Below, piece by piece: positions 10,807-22,535 of a DNA stretch of 64,000 nt; the stretch's first letter is position 1, and each line of letters starts with the position of its first letter. The notes beneath the pieces were generated by a model. That model worked only from the letters and a program-made list of their open reading frames with translations. It did no database searches and was not told where the DNA came from. Source of the DNA: Macrostomum lignano (lineage: Eukaryota). The DNA lies in contig NIVC01000356.1 of NCBI GenBank assembly GCA_002269645.1, forward strand, positions 592,124 to 656,123. Direction: 5' to 3'. Made by a program: the position numbers and the translations under genes.

Positions 10807-11535
10807 CCCTGTGCACTCTTGACCTTAACTGAACTTTAACCTCTGTTGCCCTTTGTTGGAACTAGCCCTTTCTTATTGGCATTTCGCTGGTTGATGCTGC
10901 CACTGAGCAAAAGTCAGTTGAAGCAATATCTTGTTATTAATTGTTATTGACTTCCCATTTAATACAGCCTGAAACTCCCAACCCTGGGAAAGATTTGGTT
11001 CTTGTGGCGCTTGGCTCACTGCCAAGGATATTGGATTAACTATAATCTAAGCGTTAATTTAGTAGATTTTTACTAAATAGCGCATAATTAGCATATTTGA
11101 ATGCACTTTTTATGAATGACTACTAGCTCAAATGTTTTGCAGCTCTTTGCTAAATGCATTAATTAAATATTACATTTTAGTTGTGAAAAGCTCTCTGCAT
11201 TTTAGTATCAATTATTAAAGTATCACTGATCAATTTCTAATGCTGTCCCTGTCTCTAAATTTAATCCTTTTTAAAATTCCATTTATTTGACTGAGCGAAC
11301 TGCAATGCCAATGGTACTAACGCGTTCCCGCTTCTTCTGTGTATAAAATTGACATGGAAATATAAAGTCATATGCATGCACCATTGGGTTAATTAACTTA
11401 GTATTATTATTACCTTCTTTTGTAGACTTCTTTTTCGTCTTATCAGTGTCCTGTTATTTTTATATAGTCATGTGATAATAACCGCAGTAGTGAAGTATGT
11501 CTGTCCCTATTTGTAATGGTCACTCTAGTCTAGCA

Positions 11536-11765
11536 GGGAGTTGTAGCCTAGTGGCTAGAGCGTGGGACTCACAACTGAAAGGTCGGGGGTTCGATTCTTT
11601 ACCCAATCGGAACAATTTGTGTCCTAAAGCAAGACACTTAACTCTGCATTGCTTCAGAGTTAAGCTGGGGTAATTGACGGTGTGTGTGGCGACCCCCCAG
11701 TCCTTGGACTGAACAGCCGTACGCAGCCTTCAGATGCGCCGCGCAATAGCTGCGGCTGAGCTGTC
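11536..11765 (+). mobile_element. tRNA-derived SINE copy
   Basis: A-box TAGCCTAGTGG and B-box-like GGTTCGATTC, then gcaagacacttaactctgcattgcttcag and a 3' tagctgcggctgagctgtc shared with the copy at 40134-40318. Confidence 0.8.
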
Positions 11766-12124
11766 GGTTGCACATCTGGCCATTGTGGCAGACATAATCT
11801 GTAATTATTTTTATTATTAAAGGTCACAGAATACAGATTAACAGTACATGTTAATACAGATTTGCCTTGGGGCATCAATCATGCAGATTGCTGTCTGTAC
11901 TGACGGAGCCGCTGGGCATGCGCAGCAAGTTGCAGGTCTTGTTGCTCCTTAATTTATCGGAATGCAGCTGCATCGCCTTGAATTGCCACTTTAGACCTTT
12001 CGCTTGATTAATAGGCCGCAAGGACTGCATGTACCTTGCTATGCTTGCTACCTTTCGCTTGTAAAACTTTGTCTGCTTTCATCGCTAACTCTTGTCCTGT
12101 TTAATTCAGTACCACGATAATTGG

Positions 12125-12843
12125 CTGCAGTGCCGACTGCCTGACTGCAGTGCCGACTGCCTGACTGCAGTTCCGACTGCCTGACTGCACTTCCGACTGC
12201 CTGACTGCAGTGACAACTGCCTGACTGCAGTGACAACTGCCTGACTGCACTTCCGACTGCCTGGCTGCACTTCCGACTGCCTGACTGCAGTGACAACTGC
12301 CTGACTGCAGTTCCGACTGCCTGACAGCAGTGACAACTGCCTGACTGCAGTGACAACTGCCTGACTGCACTTCCGACTGCCTGACTGCAGTGACAACTGC
12401 CTGACTGCAGTGACAACTGCCTGGCTGCACTTCCGACTGCCTGGCTGCACTTCCGACTGCCTGACTGCAGTGACAACTGCCTGACTGCAGTGACAACTGC
12501 CTGACTGCAGTGACAACTGCCTGACTGCAGTGACAACTGCCTGACTGCAGTGACAACTGCCTGACTGCAGTGACAACTGCCTGACTGCAGTTCCGACTGC
12601 CTGACTGCAGTGACAACTGCCTGACTGCAGTTCCGACTGCCTGACTGCAGTGACAACTGCCTGACTGCAGTTCCGACTGCCTGACTGCAGTGACAACTGC
12701 CTGACTGCAGTGACAACTGCCTGACTGCAGTTCCGACTGCCTGACTGCAGTGACAACTGCCTGACTGCAGTTCCGACTGCCTGACTGCAGTGACAACTGC
12801 CTGACTGCAGTGACAACTGCCTGACTGCAGTTCCGACTGCCTA
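12125..12843. repeat. 20-bp tandem repeat (ctgcctgactgcagtgacaa / ...ttccga)n
   Basis: Directly visible. Confidence 0.97.
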
Positions 12844-13104
12844 TTTCCATATTTTAATCGCTCGCTATAATCTGCTCCGGTTCATGCACTGCTGCCCACC
12901 GCACCATGCGACCAGACTTTTTAAAAAAGCGATCCATCCTCTATTCCATCCTTTTACGACTCTCTAAATAATTTAGTGTCTTCGCTGTTACTAAAAGCGG
13001 ATGGGGCTGAAATGTCTAATAGGTATGGTTGAACGCTTTTAGCTCTAGTCGCAGACTGACTGTTGGTCATGCTTAACCACTTGCTGCTTTTAGAACTGCA
13101 ACTT

Positions 13105-13920
13105 TGTTCTAGCAGGTAATTATAGCGACAGTCTAGCAAGTAACTATAGCAACAGTCTATTAGGTAACTATGGCGACAGTCTAGCAGGTAACTATAGCAA
13201 GTCTATCAGGTAACTATGGCGACAGTCTAGCAGGTAACTATAGCAAGTCTATCAGGTAACTATGGCGACAGTCTAGCAGGTAACTATAGCAAGTCTATCA
13301 GGTAACTATAACAAGTCTATCAGGTAACTATGGCGACAGTCTAGCAGGTAACTATGGCGACAGTCTAGCAGGTAACAATGGCAACAGTCTAGCAGGTAAC
13401 TATGGCGACAGTCTAGCAGGTAACTATGGCAACAGTCTAGCAGGTAACTATGGCGACAGTCTAGCAGGTAACTATTGCAAGTCTATCAGGTAACTATAGC
13501 AAGTCTATCAGGTTAACTATGGCGACAGTCTAGCAGGTAACTATGGCGACAGTCTAGCAGGTAACTATGGCAACAGTCTAGCAGGTAACTATGGCGACAG
13601 TCTAGCAGGTAACTATGGCAACAGTCTAGCAGGTAACAATGGCAACAGTCTAGCAGGTAACTATGGCGACAGTCTAGCAGGTAACTATGGTAACAGTCTA
13701 GCAGGTAACTATGGCAACAGTCTAGCAGGTAACTATGGCGACAGTCTAGCAGGTAACTATGGCAACAGTCTAGCAGGTAACAATGGCAACAGTCTAGCAG
13801 GTAACTATGGCGACAGTCTAGCAGGTAACTATGGCAACAGTCTAGCAGGTAACAATGGCAACAGTCTAGCAGGTAACTATGGCAACAGTCTAGCAGGTAA
13901 CTATGGTAACAGTCTAGCAA
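13105..13920. repeat. 24-bp tandem repeat (agtctagcaggtaactatggcgac)n
   Basis: Directly visible. Confidence 0.97.
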
Positions 13921-14409
13921 GTTTCCTAACGACATAAATTGACCCTACATTTCAACGTGCGGCGTACATTAACTTTCTAAAGAAACTTACATTCGAGCAT
14001 CTATTTAAAAAGGCGCGATAAGTGCAATTACAAGCATAAAAGAGTCTTTAAGCCCGAGGTGCATTGAGCAAAGCATTTCTTGCAGACGACATGACCTTCC
14101 ACTGACCCCTGCTGGTGTGAGTTCTATCGCGCTGTGGATAGACCGCATGGCTGAGTCAACACGGTTCTGTTGTAGGATCTATCATCTACGCTACTTTTTA
14201 TTACTCGTGTGTCAGAACTTTAACTCACTCTCCACCTCGCTCTCAACCTGGTTCTCTGCTCTATTTAGACAGAAGCTTAGGTTTCTTTCCAAAGCGACCT
14301 ACAGCAATTGCAATTTGCATTATTTCTGACAGATCATGCACGCATTATATTGTACTTTTATCAAACTGCCTATCAGGTTTGGTAAATAGACACCAGGTGT
14401 TTCAGTCTC

Positions 14410-14720
14410 TTACTGACAGTCCAACAGGTGACACAGCTGACTAACACAGGTAACTTACTGACAGTCCAACCAACAGGTGACACAGCTGACTAACACAGGT
14501 AACTTACTGACAGTCCAACCAACAGGTGACACAGCTGACTAACACAGGTAACTTACTGACAGTCCAACCAACAGGTGACACAGCTGACTAACACGGGTAA
14601 CTTACTGACAGTCCAACCAACAGGTGACACAGCTGACTAACACGGGTAACTTACTGACAGTCCAACCAACAGGTGACACAGCTGACTAACACGGGTAACT
14701 TACTGACAGTTCAACAGGTG
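14410..14720. repeat. 49-bp tandem repeat
   Basis: ctgacagtccaaccaacaggtgacacagctgactaacacaggtaactta, about 6 copies. Confidence 0.93.
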
Positions 14721-15038
14721 AAACTACGTCATCCATTCCTACTTTCCTACTCTCTTGTACATCTTGTAATTCAAGATTTTCAAACAGGTACTCGAAGGTA
14801 CCTGCAGTTCCGCTCTGCTTTAACAATCAGCAGAAAAACATTTCCTTTCCTTTATTCCTTTTTAATCTGGTTTCCCAATACTTTGGGGAGTTGAGCCTTG
14901 CTTTGTATTCCAATCACATTTCCGTGTTCCAGTGAGACTGCTTCCTGATTGAAAAAGCATTGAGAAATTACACAAAATCAAAATCTCTTTTGAAGATAAA
15001 TGTTGACCATTAGGACAATTGGATTGATTTCAAAGTGT

Positions 15039-15188
15039 GTGACTGAGCCATTAGAATTCAGCTGTGACTGAGCCATTAGAATTCAGCTGTGACTGAGCCA
15101 TTAGACTTCAGCTGTGACTGAGCCATTAGAATTCAGCTGTGACTGAGCCATTAGAATTCAGCTGTGACTGAGCCATTAGAATTCAGCT
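15039..15188. repeat. 25-bp tandem repeat (gtgactgagccattagaattcagct)n
   Basis: Directly visible. Confidence 0.93.
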
Positions 15189-15800
15189 AGTCGAACTTAC
15201 AAAAATGAGGGTTCGGTGCACGCAGCAGGCAAGTGACGAACTTCCCAGACTAATGTAGCTCGTAAATCCTCAACCGACAGAATTCTCATTGAAAGAGGCG
15301 AAACGCGCAGAACGCATGCAGCTGTCGTGTGATAGGCAGGCTAATTACCTCAGTCATAGTTCTTTTTTGAACTCATTGAACTGCAAAATCTGCAGTCCTT
15401 AATTAACTATAGAGACAATACTCGGGCATAAATTAAGATTGTATATGATTATCTAGGCTAGCTTTCAGAGGTTTAAGAGCTAGTTCAGAGAGCTCCTATG
15501 CTTAAAACTGACTTACGTGGGAGTATGACAAGTTTGGCGCCAATTCAAATCAAGAACTACTCATCGCGATATACAAAGACAGCGTTTCAAGCTGCTTGAG
15601 AAAGTTTAAGTTGACAGTTTTAATTAGGACACAACAGAATAGAAATAAGGGGTTTCTTAAATTTTGCAGAGATGAATGAGATTTTATCATGGACTATTGG
15701 GTCTTGACTTACTTGACTTAGCTGCAGGGCTGTCCCGGAGGGGACACAGCGGGAAGGCGCGGGCGCCCATTCCGCTAGTCCCTGAACGGCCGACGCGTCG

Positions 15801-18800
15801 CTATGGACGGAGGGTTGGCGCCGCCCAGGGAGGTCCCCCAGTGTCGCCAGCAGCTATGGTGCTCTCTGGAAAGGAGAGTTCAGCCCTGCGGGTGGCCCGA
15901 AGGTAGCGCATGAGCTGATTAAAGTTTTCGGGTTTGCACGCTTCAGTAATAGATGTGTGTGGCCCGAGGTAAGTGAGTCTGGCCCGCGTGAAGGCGGGAC
16001 AGATGCTGACGAAATGCTCAGCGGTTTCGTCACCTGAGTTGCAGAAACTACAGGTGGCGTTGGTGGCGTTGCCCTGCAGGTACTGGTGCCTGGAGAAGCA
16101 GCCGTGACCAGAGAGGGTCATGGTGGCAGCCCGGATGTCTCTGCGCGAGAGGCGCAAGAGGAGCTTCCGGAGCTGGTGAGAGGGTGAGGGACAGCGCCTC
16201 TGGATTGCCTGCAGTTCGTGCGGTTCGCCCAAGTCGAGCGGTGCTGAGTCCTGATCCACGCTTTGATGCGCGAGTCGATGACACAGCCAGGAATCGGGAC
16301 AAGAGGTTCGGGGCCGAGAGAGGAGCCGGAGGCACCAACTTTTGCAAGGGTGTCAGCCAACTCATTTCCTCGGATCCCCACATGCCCCGGAACCCACTTA
16401 AGGGTAATTTTGTTGGCGGAACCCAACACATTGAGGAGTTTGATACAGTCAAGGACTGTAGCAGAGTTGGTGCTGCAGCCACTGATGGCGTGCAAGGCAG
16501 CTTGGCTGTCCGAATGGAAAATGATGTTCTTACCAGTAACGCCAGTGGCGAGAAGCTCTGCAGTGCAGGAGCTGATGGCCAGAACTTCATTTTGGAAAAC
16601 ACTGGAGTTGACCCCAGTGTATTGAGCGTGGGTAGCGATGACCCTCCCGTTCAGAAAGATTCCAACACCAAAGCCGGTGTTGGCTGACTGCTTAGAACCG
16701 TCGGTGTAGCAATGAAGCTCACCAGGGTTCCAATGGTCATTGATGTTATCGCGCGAGTCGATAGCTACGGAGTAGCGCTGTCTCAGGTTGAGCGTTGAGG
16801 CAATGCCATCGGTGAAGACGCGATTGGCCTGACACTCGTTGAGAAAGTTGAGGCACAGATCGCTATGCGGGACAAGGTTCCGCTTAGCAGGTGCTCTCAT
16901 GTAAATGAATTTGACGCCGGCATCAATTAGACGCCGCGTCGTTCTAGCCGCCTCACCCCTGATGAAGAGGTCAAGAGGCGGAAGATTAAGAAAGGCCCCC
17001 ATGCCAGCAAAGGGCGTGGACCTGGTGGCGTTGCAGATGAGCCTACACGCTCTGCCTTGGATCGTGTTGAGCAGGTCTGCATGGCTTTTGACCTGGGTAG
17101 CGCTAACCCAGACAACAGAGGCGTACGTAATGGCAGGTCTAACTACGGAAGTATAGATCCACCAAAGCCGCTTTGGGGATAGACCCCAAGAAGTGCCAAG
17201 TGCTCGTCGGAGCTGGGCCAGGATGGCTGAGGCACGCTTAGCTTTTGCTTTCACGTGGAAGGACCAGTTGAGCCGGTGGTCAAGTGTGACCCCGAGACAT
17301 CTGGTCTGGTGCGCGAAGGCAATATCTCTGCCGTAGAGCTGCAGAGGACGTATGTTCCAGCGTAGTCTGCTGGTAAACATAATGGCAACGGTTTTGGGCT
17401 CAGAGAGTTCCAAACCATTGTCATTGGCCCAGGATTCTGCTTTGCGGATAAAGCTCTGCATCAGATCCCTGAGCGTGCTGGGAGACGGTCCTGCCACAAT
17501 GGCCGTGACGTCATCAGCATACCCGACTTTGAAGACGGGGTCAGGTCGGGAGTCACTCAGAAGAGCGTCCATGACCAGGTTCCAGAGCGTCGGGGTGAGG
17601 ACTCCGCCTTGGGGTCCACCCTTACAGACTCTGGTGGAGGCAGTTTGCCCAAGAAGTTGGGCAGTGACCGTACGGTTGGAGATCATGTACATGATCCACC
17701 GTATGAGGGTAGCATGAGCTTTGCGATTTTGAAGGGCCCTCTGAAACGCTTCAAAGATAACGTTGTCGAAGGCGCCAACAATGTCAAGAAAGAGAGCCAG
17801 GGCGTAACCGTCACCCAGTACCGCCCGTTCAATCTTTTCGACAATCGCATGCAGGGCGCTGTCAGTCGACCTCCCGGTACGGAAGGCGTGCTGATTATTG
17901 CTGAGGGGCATCGCTGTCAGCTCGCAGGAGAGCAGCCGCCAGAGAATAAGCCTCTCAGTGAGCTTAAGCATTGCTGACGTTAAGCTAATTGGCCGGAAGG
18001 CCTTGACGCTTTGGTAGTCACCCTTCCCAGGTTTGGGAATAAAGACTACTCGAGCTTCAGTCCAGCTTTTGGGAACGTATCCCAGCTGGATAGAGGCCCG
18101 CATAAGATTGCGGGTGAGTCTCAGGAACGAGGGTATCTTGGCTGCTTCACGAAGGAGAACAGGGTAGATACCATCAGGTCCAGGAGATTTGAAGGGTTTG
18201 AAGGTTCTGACCGCACGAGCGATTAGGTCTTCAGTGACAATGCCCGCCGCTAGGGTGGCTCCATCCATCGAATGGTTGGGCTCCGGTCTAGCAGTAGGTA
18301 CCCTCGGGAAGAATGTGCTAAGCATATGCTGAAGCACTTCTTCAGGGTCTTTAGTAAGAGAGCCATCATCTTTTTTGATCATGGCTAATTTGGACATTTT
18401 GTCCATTGTAAGGGCCTTGACAAGCCTAGAAGTAGGTCTGTCTTGATCCAATTCATTGCAGAATTGGCGCCACTTACATTCCTTGGCCTTGCGCACTTCA
18501 GATTTGAAATTGCGGGAGGCTTGCCGGAAAAGCTCCATGTCCTCCGGGTTTCCGGTCTTCATGGCACGGCGATGAAGGCTTTTGGCCTTCCGCCTGAGTT
18601 TCCCCAGCTCCGGGTTCCACCACGGCGCCGAGGTCTTGCCTCTGTAGGCGCGAGCAGGACAAGCCGCTTCGTAGGCTGCAATAATGCAACCTGTCAGCGT
18701 CTCAGCCATATGATCCACATCCTCGCAGGTCTCAATCGGACGTAAGTCCGTGAGTTCCTGCAGGTGCAGATCAAGGGCAGCCTTGTAGGCCGCCCAATCA

Positions 18801-19540
18801 GTGTTGCGGATATTGCGTCTCCAAGTGATCGGAGACTGGGTTTTAGTGTCCGCGATATTAAAGGCGATAAAGCAGTGGTCAGACAGGGAGGGCTCCTCAG
18901 ACCAGACTCTCCACTCCTTGACTCTGTCAAAGAGTCTTGGGGTAACGAGTGTGGCGTCGAGGACCTCGGTCCATCTGCCATTATTAAAGGTAGGAGTGCT
19001 GCCGCGGTTGCAGAGCATGAGGTTTGTGTTAGAGATGAGGGCCAGAAGCTCCTCTCCTCTAGTGTTGGTATCTTTGCTGCCCCAGTGCTTGTGGTGCGCG
19101 TTGAGGTCGCCCCCTAAGCACAGCTCAGCGTTCTGGGACTCGCAGTACTGCGCAAGGCGCAGTAAACTCTCGGGAGCAGGGTCTCTGTCGCCTGGGATAT
19201 AAACCGAGGCAACAAGACACGTACGCGGAGAGAAATGATTAGATTGGATGACGCAAAGGTCTCCATCAGAGAGATCAGTCCTCAGCCAAGCCTGGAGATG
19301 GCTAGCAGCGAGGATAGCCGCTCTAGGGCGGCTGTTCCCCGGGCCACACACATAAAAATCAGAGTAGCCAGAGGGAATGTTGGGCAACTTACCGTTGCGC
19401 ATCCAGGGTTCCTGGATCAGGATGAGGCCTGGCCTGTACAGCTCAGCAATCTTCATCAGATTTACTGACGCAGATACGCAATGCTGTAAATTTATTTGCA
19501 GACAGAATGTCGCTCCTTTGGCAGCGTGGAGCTTAGTCAT
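15801..19540 (-). CDS. LINE ORF2: AP endonuclease, reverse transcriptase, RNase H, C-terminal Zn knuckle; one -1 frameshift near 16189
   Basis: QINLQH, GGDLNAHH, SDH (APE); PGPDG, QGGVLTP, YADD (RT); YTDGS, QNEVLAI, SDSQAA, WVPGH, NELAD (RNH); CSFC...ETAEHFVSIC lies in the 15801..16259 frame. Confidence 0.93.
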
Positions 19541-19579
19541 ACTGTATTAAATGCAATATCTGGCTAGAGCCCAGGGCCA

Positions 19580-21085
19580 TCAAGGAGACTTGGACAACAG
19601 ATCGTCCTCGTCCCAGGCCGCTGGGGCTTGACTGGGAGATGGGAGTTGGTCGACGTCCATGGCCTCCTCACCCCCACCGGCCCCCCCAGCAGAGTCCTCA
19701 GGCTCCGATGACAGGATGGAGGAAGCTTCCTCACCTGCATCTTTACCTTCAGACCCCACCAAGGTGGCCGAGGAGAGCTCGGATTCCGAAGACCCGGCCT
19801 CGTCCTCAACTCCTTCTCCGACTGGCAGGTTTGGTTCCCGGGGCTCGGCCGGAGCCGTTACCGCGGTCGCCGAACTGCTGCTAGCAGAGGGGCGAGATGC
19901 AGCTTTGGCTTTGGGATCGGCTTGCGCCTTTCCTTGGGCCTTAGACTGCGCCCCGCTCTTGCCGGAGATGCCGGGGTTGGCAGTAGCCTTCCCTTTGGCA
20001 GACTTTCCTCGGCGCAACTTGAGCTTGAGGGCACCCAGCTGGAAAGAGGATCCATTAGGGTACCGACTCGCCCAAGTGCTGGAAAGGCCGAGGACAATTG
20101 AGTTGCCCGTCTCCCCCCTGCGGACTTTGCGGTGATACACCAGTCCACTAGCAGGGAGGTCGGGGTTCAGACGCAGTAGGACCCGGCGAATAACGTCTGG
20201 TCCAGCTGCGGTGCTCTTAGCAGGGACGAAAACCACATAGGGTATCGTCTTTGGACGCTGGCCCTCGCGAAGAAAAAGAGCTCCACCAAGGTCAGCATCC
20301 AAGGAGACCGTCGGTAGCCGCTGGAGCAGCCGCCGAGCGTCCTCCTCGCTGCTAGGAGCAATAAGAACGAATGTGCTTCGCAGCACCATCCGCTCAACGC
20401 CGATGGAGATTCCCTCCTCGACAGTCAGCTCAATCAGATAGGAGTCAACAGCACTCCACACTTTTTGAAGCTGATCAGTGGTCCAGTCCTGGTCGCGACC
20501 TTGGATGATCACTCCCGGGATTTTGGCCTTGGCCTTCGCCGCAAAGGTAGCTCCCGAAGGAACCTCCTTGTTGGCAGTGGCCATTTGTTGCGCCGTGGTT
20601 TCGGCCTCAGCAGCCGCGGCAGCAGCTCCAGGGAGCGCCGCCGCTGAACTACTGGAGCTTCCACCGGCCGGCCCGCCTGGTTGCCTTGGGACTCCAGTCG
20701 CTTCAGCATCCATGGTGGACGCCGCCGCTTTGGCCCCCGCAGCTCCCTTCTTGGCCTGCCTTTTGGCGCGTTGTTTAGCGCGTTTGCGCTCAAGCCGAGC
20801 CCGCTGAGCTTCATCGGATCTGCCAGATTTGGCCGGTCCTTTAGGCTCAGAGCTCGCGGTTCCCTTAGATCCACCAGCGGAGCTGGCAGGTCTTAGGGTA
20901 TTTTGAGTTTGGTAGCTCTGGTCGGATCTGCCAGCAGAGCCAGCCGGTCCTTCCTTTGCCACAGTTGAATCAGTCGGTTGGGATCTGCCAGCAGGGCCGG
21001 CCGGTCCTTCGGACTGAGGTTGGGGTTTAGAAGGGTCCCCGTCCCTAGAAATAGCTTGTTTATCCATAGTCGGCTCGAAGGCCAT
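19580..21085 (-). CDS. LINE ORF1 (gag-like, no CCHC knuckle; possibly DUF4780-like)
   Basis: Long ORF ending 39 nt before the ORF2 ATG; low-complexity ends around a globular core (VVFVP...VLLRLNPDL...SFQLG). First ATG at about 21085 (MAFEP). Confidence 0.75.
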   Translation of the reverse strand: MAFEPTMDKQAISRDGDPSKPQPQSEGPAGPAGRSQPTDSTVAKEGPAGSAGRSDQSYQTQNTLRPASSAGGSKGTASSEPKGPAKSGRSDEAQRARLERKRAKQRAKRQAKKGAAGAKAAASTMDAEATGVPRQPGGPAGGSSSSSAAALPGAAAAAAEAETTAQQMATANKEVPSGATFAAKAKAKIPGVIIQGRDQDWTTDQLQKVWSAVDSYLIELTVEEGISIGVERMVLRSTFVLIAPSSEEDARRLLQRLPTVSLDADLGGALFLREGQRPKTIPYVVFVPAKSTAAGPDVIRRVLLRLNPDLPASGLVYHRKVRRGETGNSIVLGLSSTWASRYPNGSSFQLGALKLKLRRGKSAKGKATANPGISGKSGAQSKAQGKAQADPKAKAASRPSASSSSATAVTAPAEPREPNLPVGEGVEDEAGSSESELSSATLVGSEGKDAGEEASSILSSEPEDSAGGAGGGEEAMDVDQLPSPSQAPAAWDEDDLLSKSP

Positions 21086-21317
21086 GATAAAAGGTTGGTG
21101 GGCTACCCTCAAAGGGGCGCGGTACCCACCCGGCCGCTCCACCTGACCGGGCAGTAGGCCAATAGCACCCTCAAGGCTGGCCCGACACCAGGAGGGGGAC
21201 CGCTTGCGACCGGACTACTCCCCGGCCTTCCAGCCCATCGGCACGGTCAACACCTTAGGCATTAGAGAGTACGTTGAGCAGTACCACGGCCTGCAGGTTG
21301 GCGAGCCAGACCCGCAT

Positions 21318-21603
21318 ACCCAAATTCGGCCGAAGCCACTGGATAGGGTCGCCAGCGCCGGAGCCCAGTCTGTCCAGCAGCCCTAGGGACTGCCTTGAAC
21401 ACACGCGGGGACGAGTACCCTGGGTCGACTTGCGAGACAGCGTGGGGGGGGGTCTGCGGCTGCCAGAGGCTAATAGAGGGTGCAGACCTCCCACCAGCCT
21501 TGACCTGCTGAAGATAGGGGCAGGCGTGAAGCATCGCAGACCTTAGCCCATGGGCCTAGTCTGTCTCATACTTCACTGGCATGCTGAATACGCCTTCGCG
21601 TGC
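21318..21603 (-). ncRNA. Candidate HDV-like self-cleaving ribozyme at the LINE 5' end (long J1/2)
   Basis: P1 GCACGCG (21603-21597) / CGCGUGU (21407-21401) with G1.U; P3 GGG/CCC; L3 UACUCGU; P1.1 A-U plus C-G; P2 ACCCA with a downstream UGGG(U). Confidence 0.65.
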
Positions 21604-21744
21604 AGACTATTGGGTCACTAAGTTTATGAATTATGAAATATAAAAAACGCTAATAAATGTAAAATCTACATTCAACACTCATTGAACACTAGCAGCTTCA
21701 TCTGCTCTGGAAAATCCTTGTTTGTCTATGGCCAGCATTATCAT

Positions 21745-21975
21745 TTTGGCGCCTTCCTGACACTCATTTTAGCGCCTTCCTGACACTCATTTTAGCGCCT
21801 TCCTGACACTTGTTTTAGCGCCTTTCCTGACACTCATTTTGGCGCCTTCAAGACACTCATTTTGGCGCCTTTCCTGACACTCATTTTGGCGCCTTTCCTG
21901 ACACTCATTCTAGCGCCTTCATGACACTCATTTTAGCGCCTTCCTGACACTCATTTCAGCGCCTTCCTGACACTC
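21745..21975. repeat. 23-bp tandem repeat (ttcctgacactcattttagcgcc)n
   Basis: Directly visible; same family as 24800-25395. Confidence 0.92.
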
Positions 21976-21984
21976 TTTTTATTT

Positions 21985-22087
21985 GAGGCAGGGGGGTTGT
22001 GTGCACCCTGGCGCACTTTAAGCGACATAGGCACACAACCGGCGTGAGGCATTGCTGCCCATTCCGCCGACTCCCCTGAGCAGACCC

Positions 22088-22160
<73 letters not shown>

Positions 22161-22161
22161 T

Positions 22162-22228
<67 letters not shown>

Positions 22229-22445
22229 GTCTGTCTGTCTGTCTGTCTGTCAGTGTACATTGCCTGACGATCCGAAAGCCAAGGCTGCTGTACACCCTGT
22301 GTGAGCTGTGCTTGAGTGCGTGCCTGCGTACAGTATTGGCGCGCTTGTCTGTGCTCAGGAGTCAGCGGAATTGTCAGAATTGCCGTCAGCTCTGCCTGTG
22401 GGACTACTGTATGTCGCCGAAGGCGTTGCACCAGGGGTGCCTTGC
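21985..22445. repeat. (TCTG)n microsatellite (22086-22250) flanked by inverted copies of a dispersed repeat
   Basis: Left cattgctgcccattccgccgactcccctgagcaga vs reverse complement of right caattctgacaattccgctgactcctgagcacaga. Other copies at 33815-33960 and 43810-43870. Confidence 0.65.
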
Positions 22446-22535
22446 AATCCTTCAATGATTATTGAAATTGTGGGTTCATATTTTATCCACACTTTAAAAG
22501 AACCGCTCGTATTGTCTCGTCTAGAAGTCGCTGAT

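Larger units (their letters stand above)
15704..21604 (-). mobile_element. Full-length non-LTR retrotransposon, LOA/Lian (R1 group)-like
   Basis: ORF1 plus ORF2 (APE-RT-RNase H-CCHC). 3' tail (TAAGTCAAG)2. Perfect 12-bp TSD GACTATTGGGTC at 15692-15703 and 21605-21616. Confidence 0.92.

Noticed and set aside
11536-11620. tRNA gene (also 40240-40318)
   Set aside because: A and B boxes are present, but there is no clean cloverleaf or acceptor stem and both copies continue into a shared SINE body.
16184-20896. Antisense and alternative-frame ORFs inside the LINEs and the Polinton
   Set aside because: Shadow ORFs of GC-rich coding sequence with no motifs.
22253-22300. Hammerhead-like core CTGACGA-TCC-GAAA (also CTGACGA-TTT-GAAA near 33940)
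   Set aside because: No stem II, no NUH cleavage triplet, and the stem III pairing is not conserved between the two copies.
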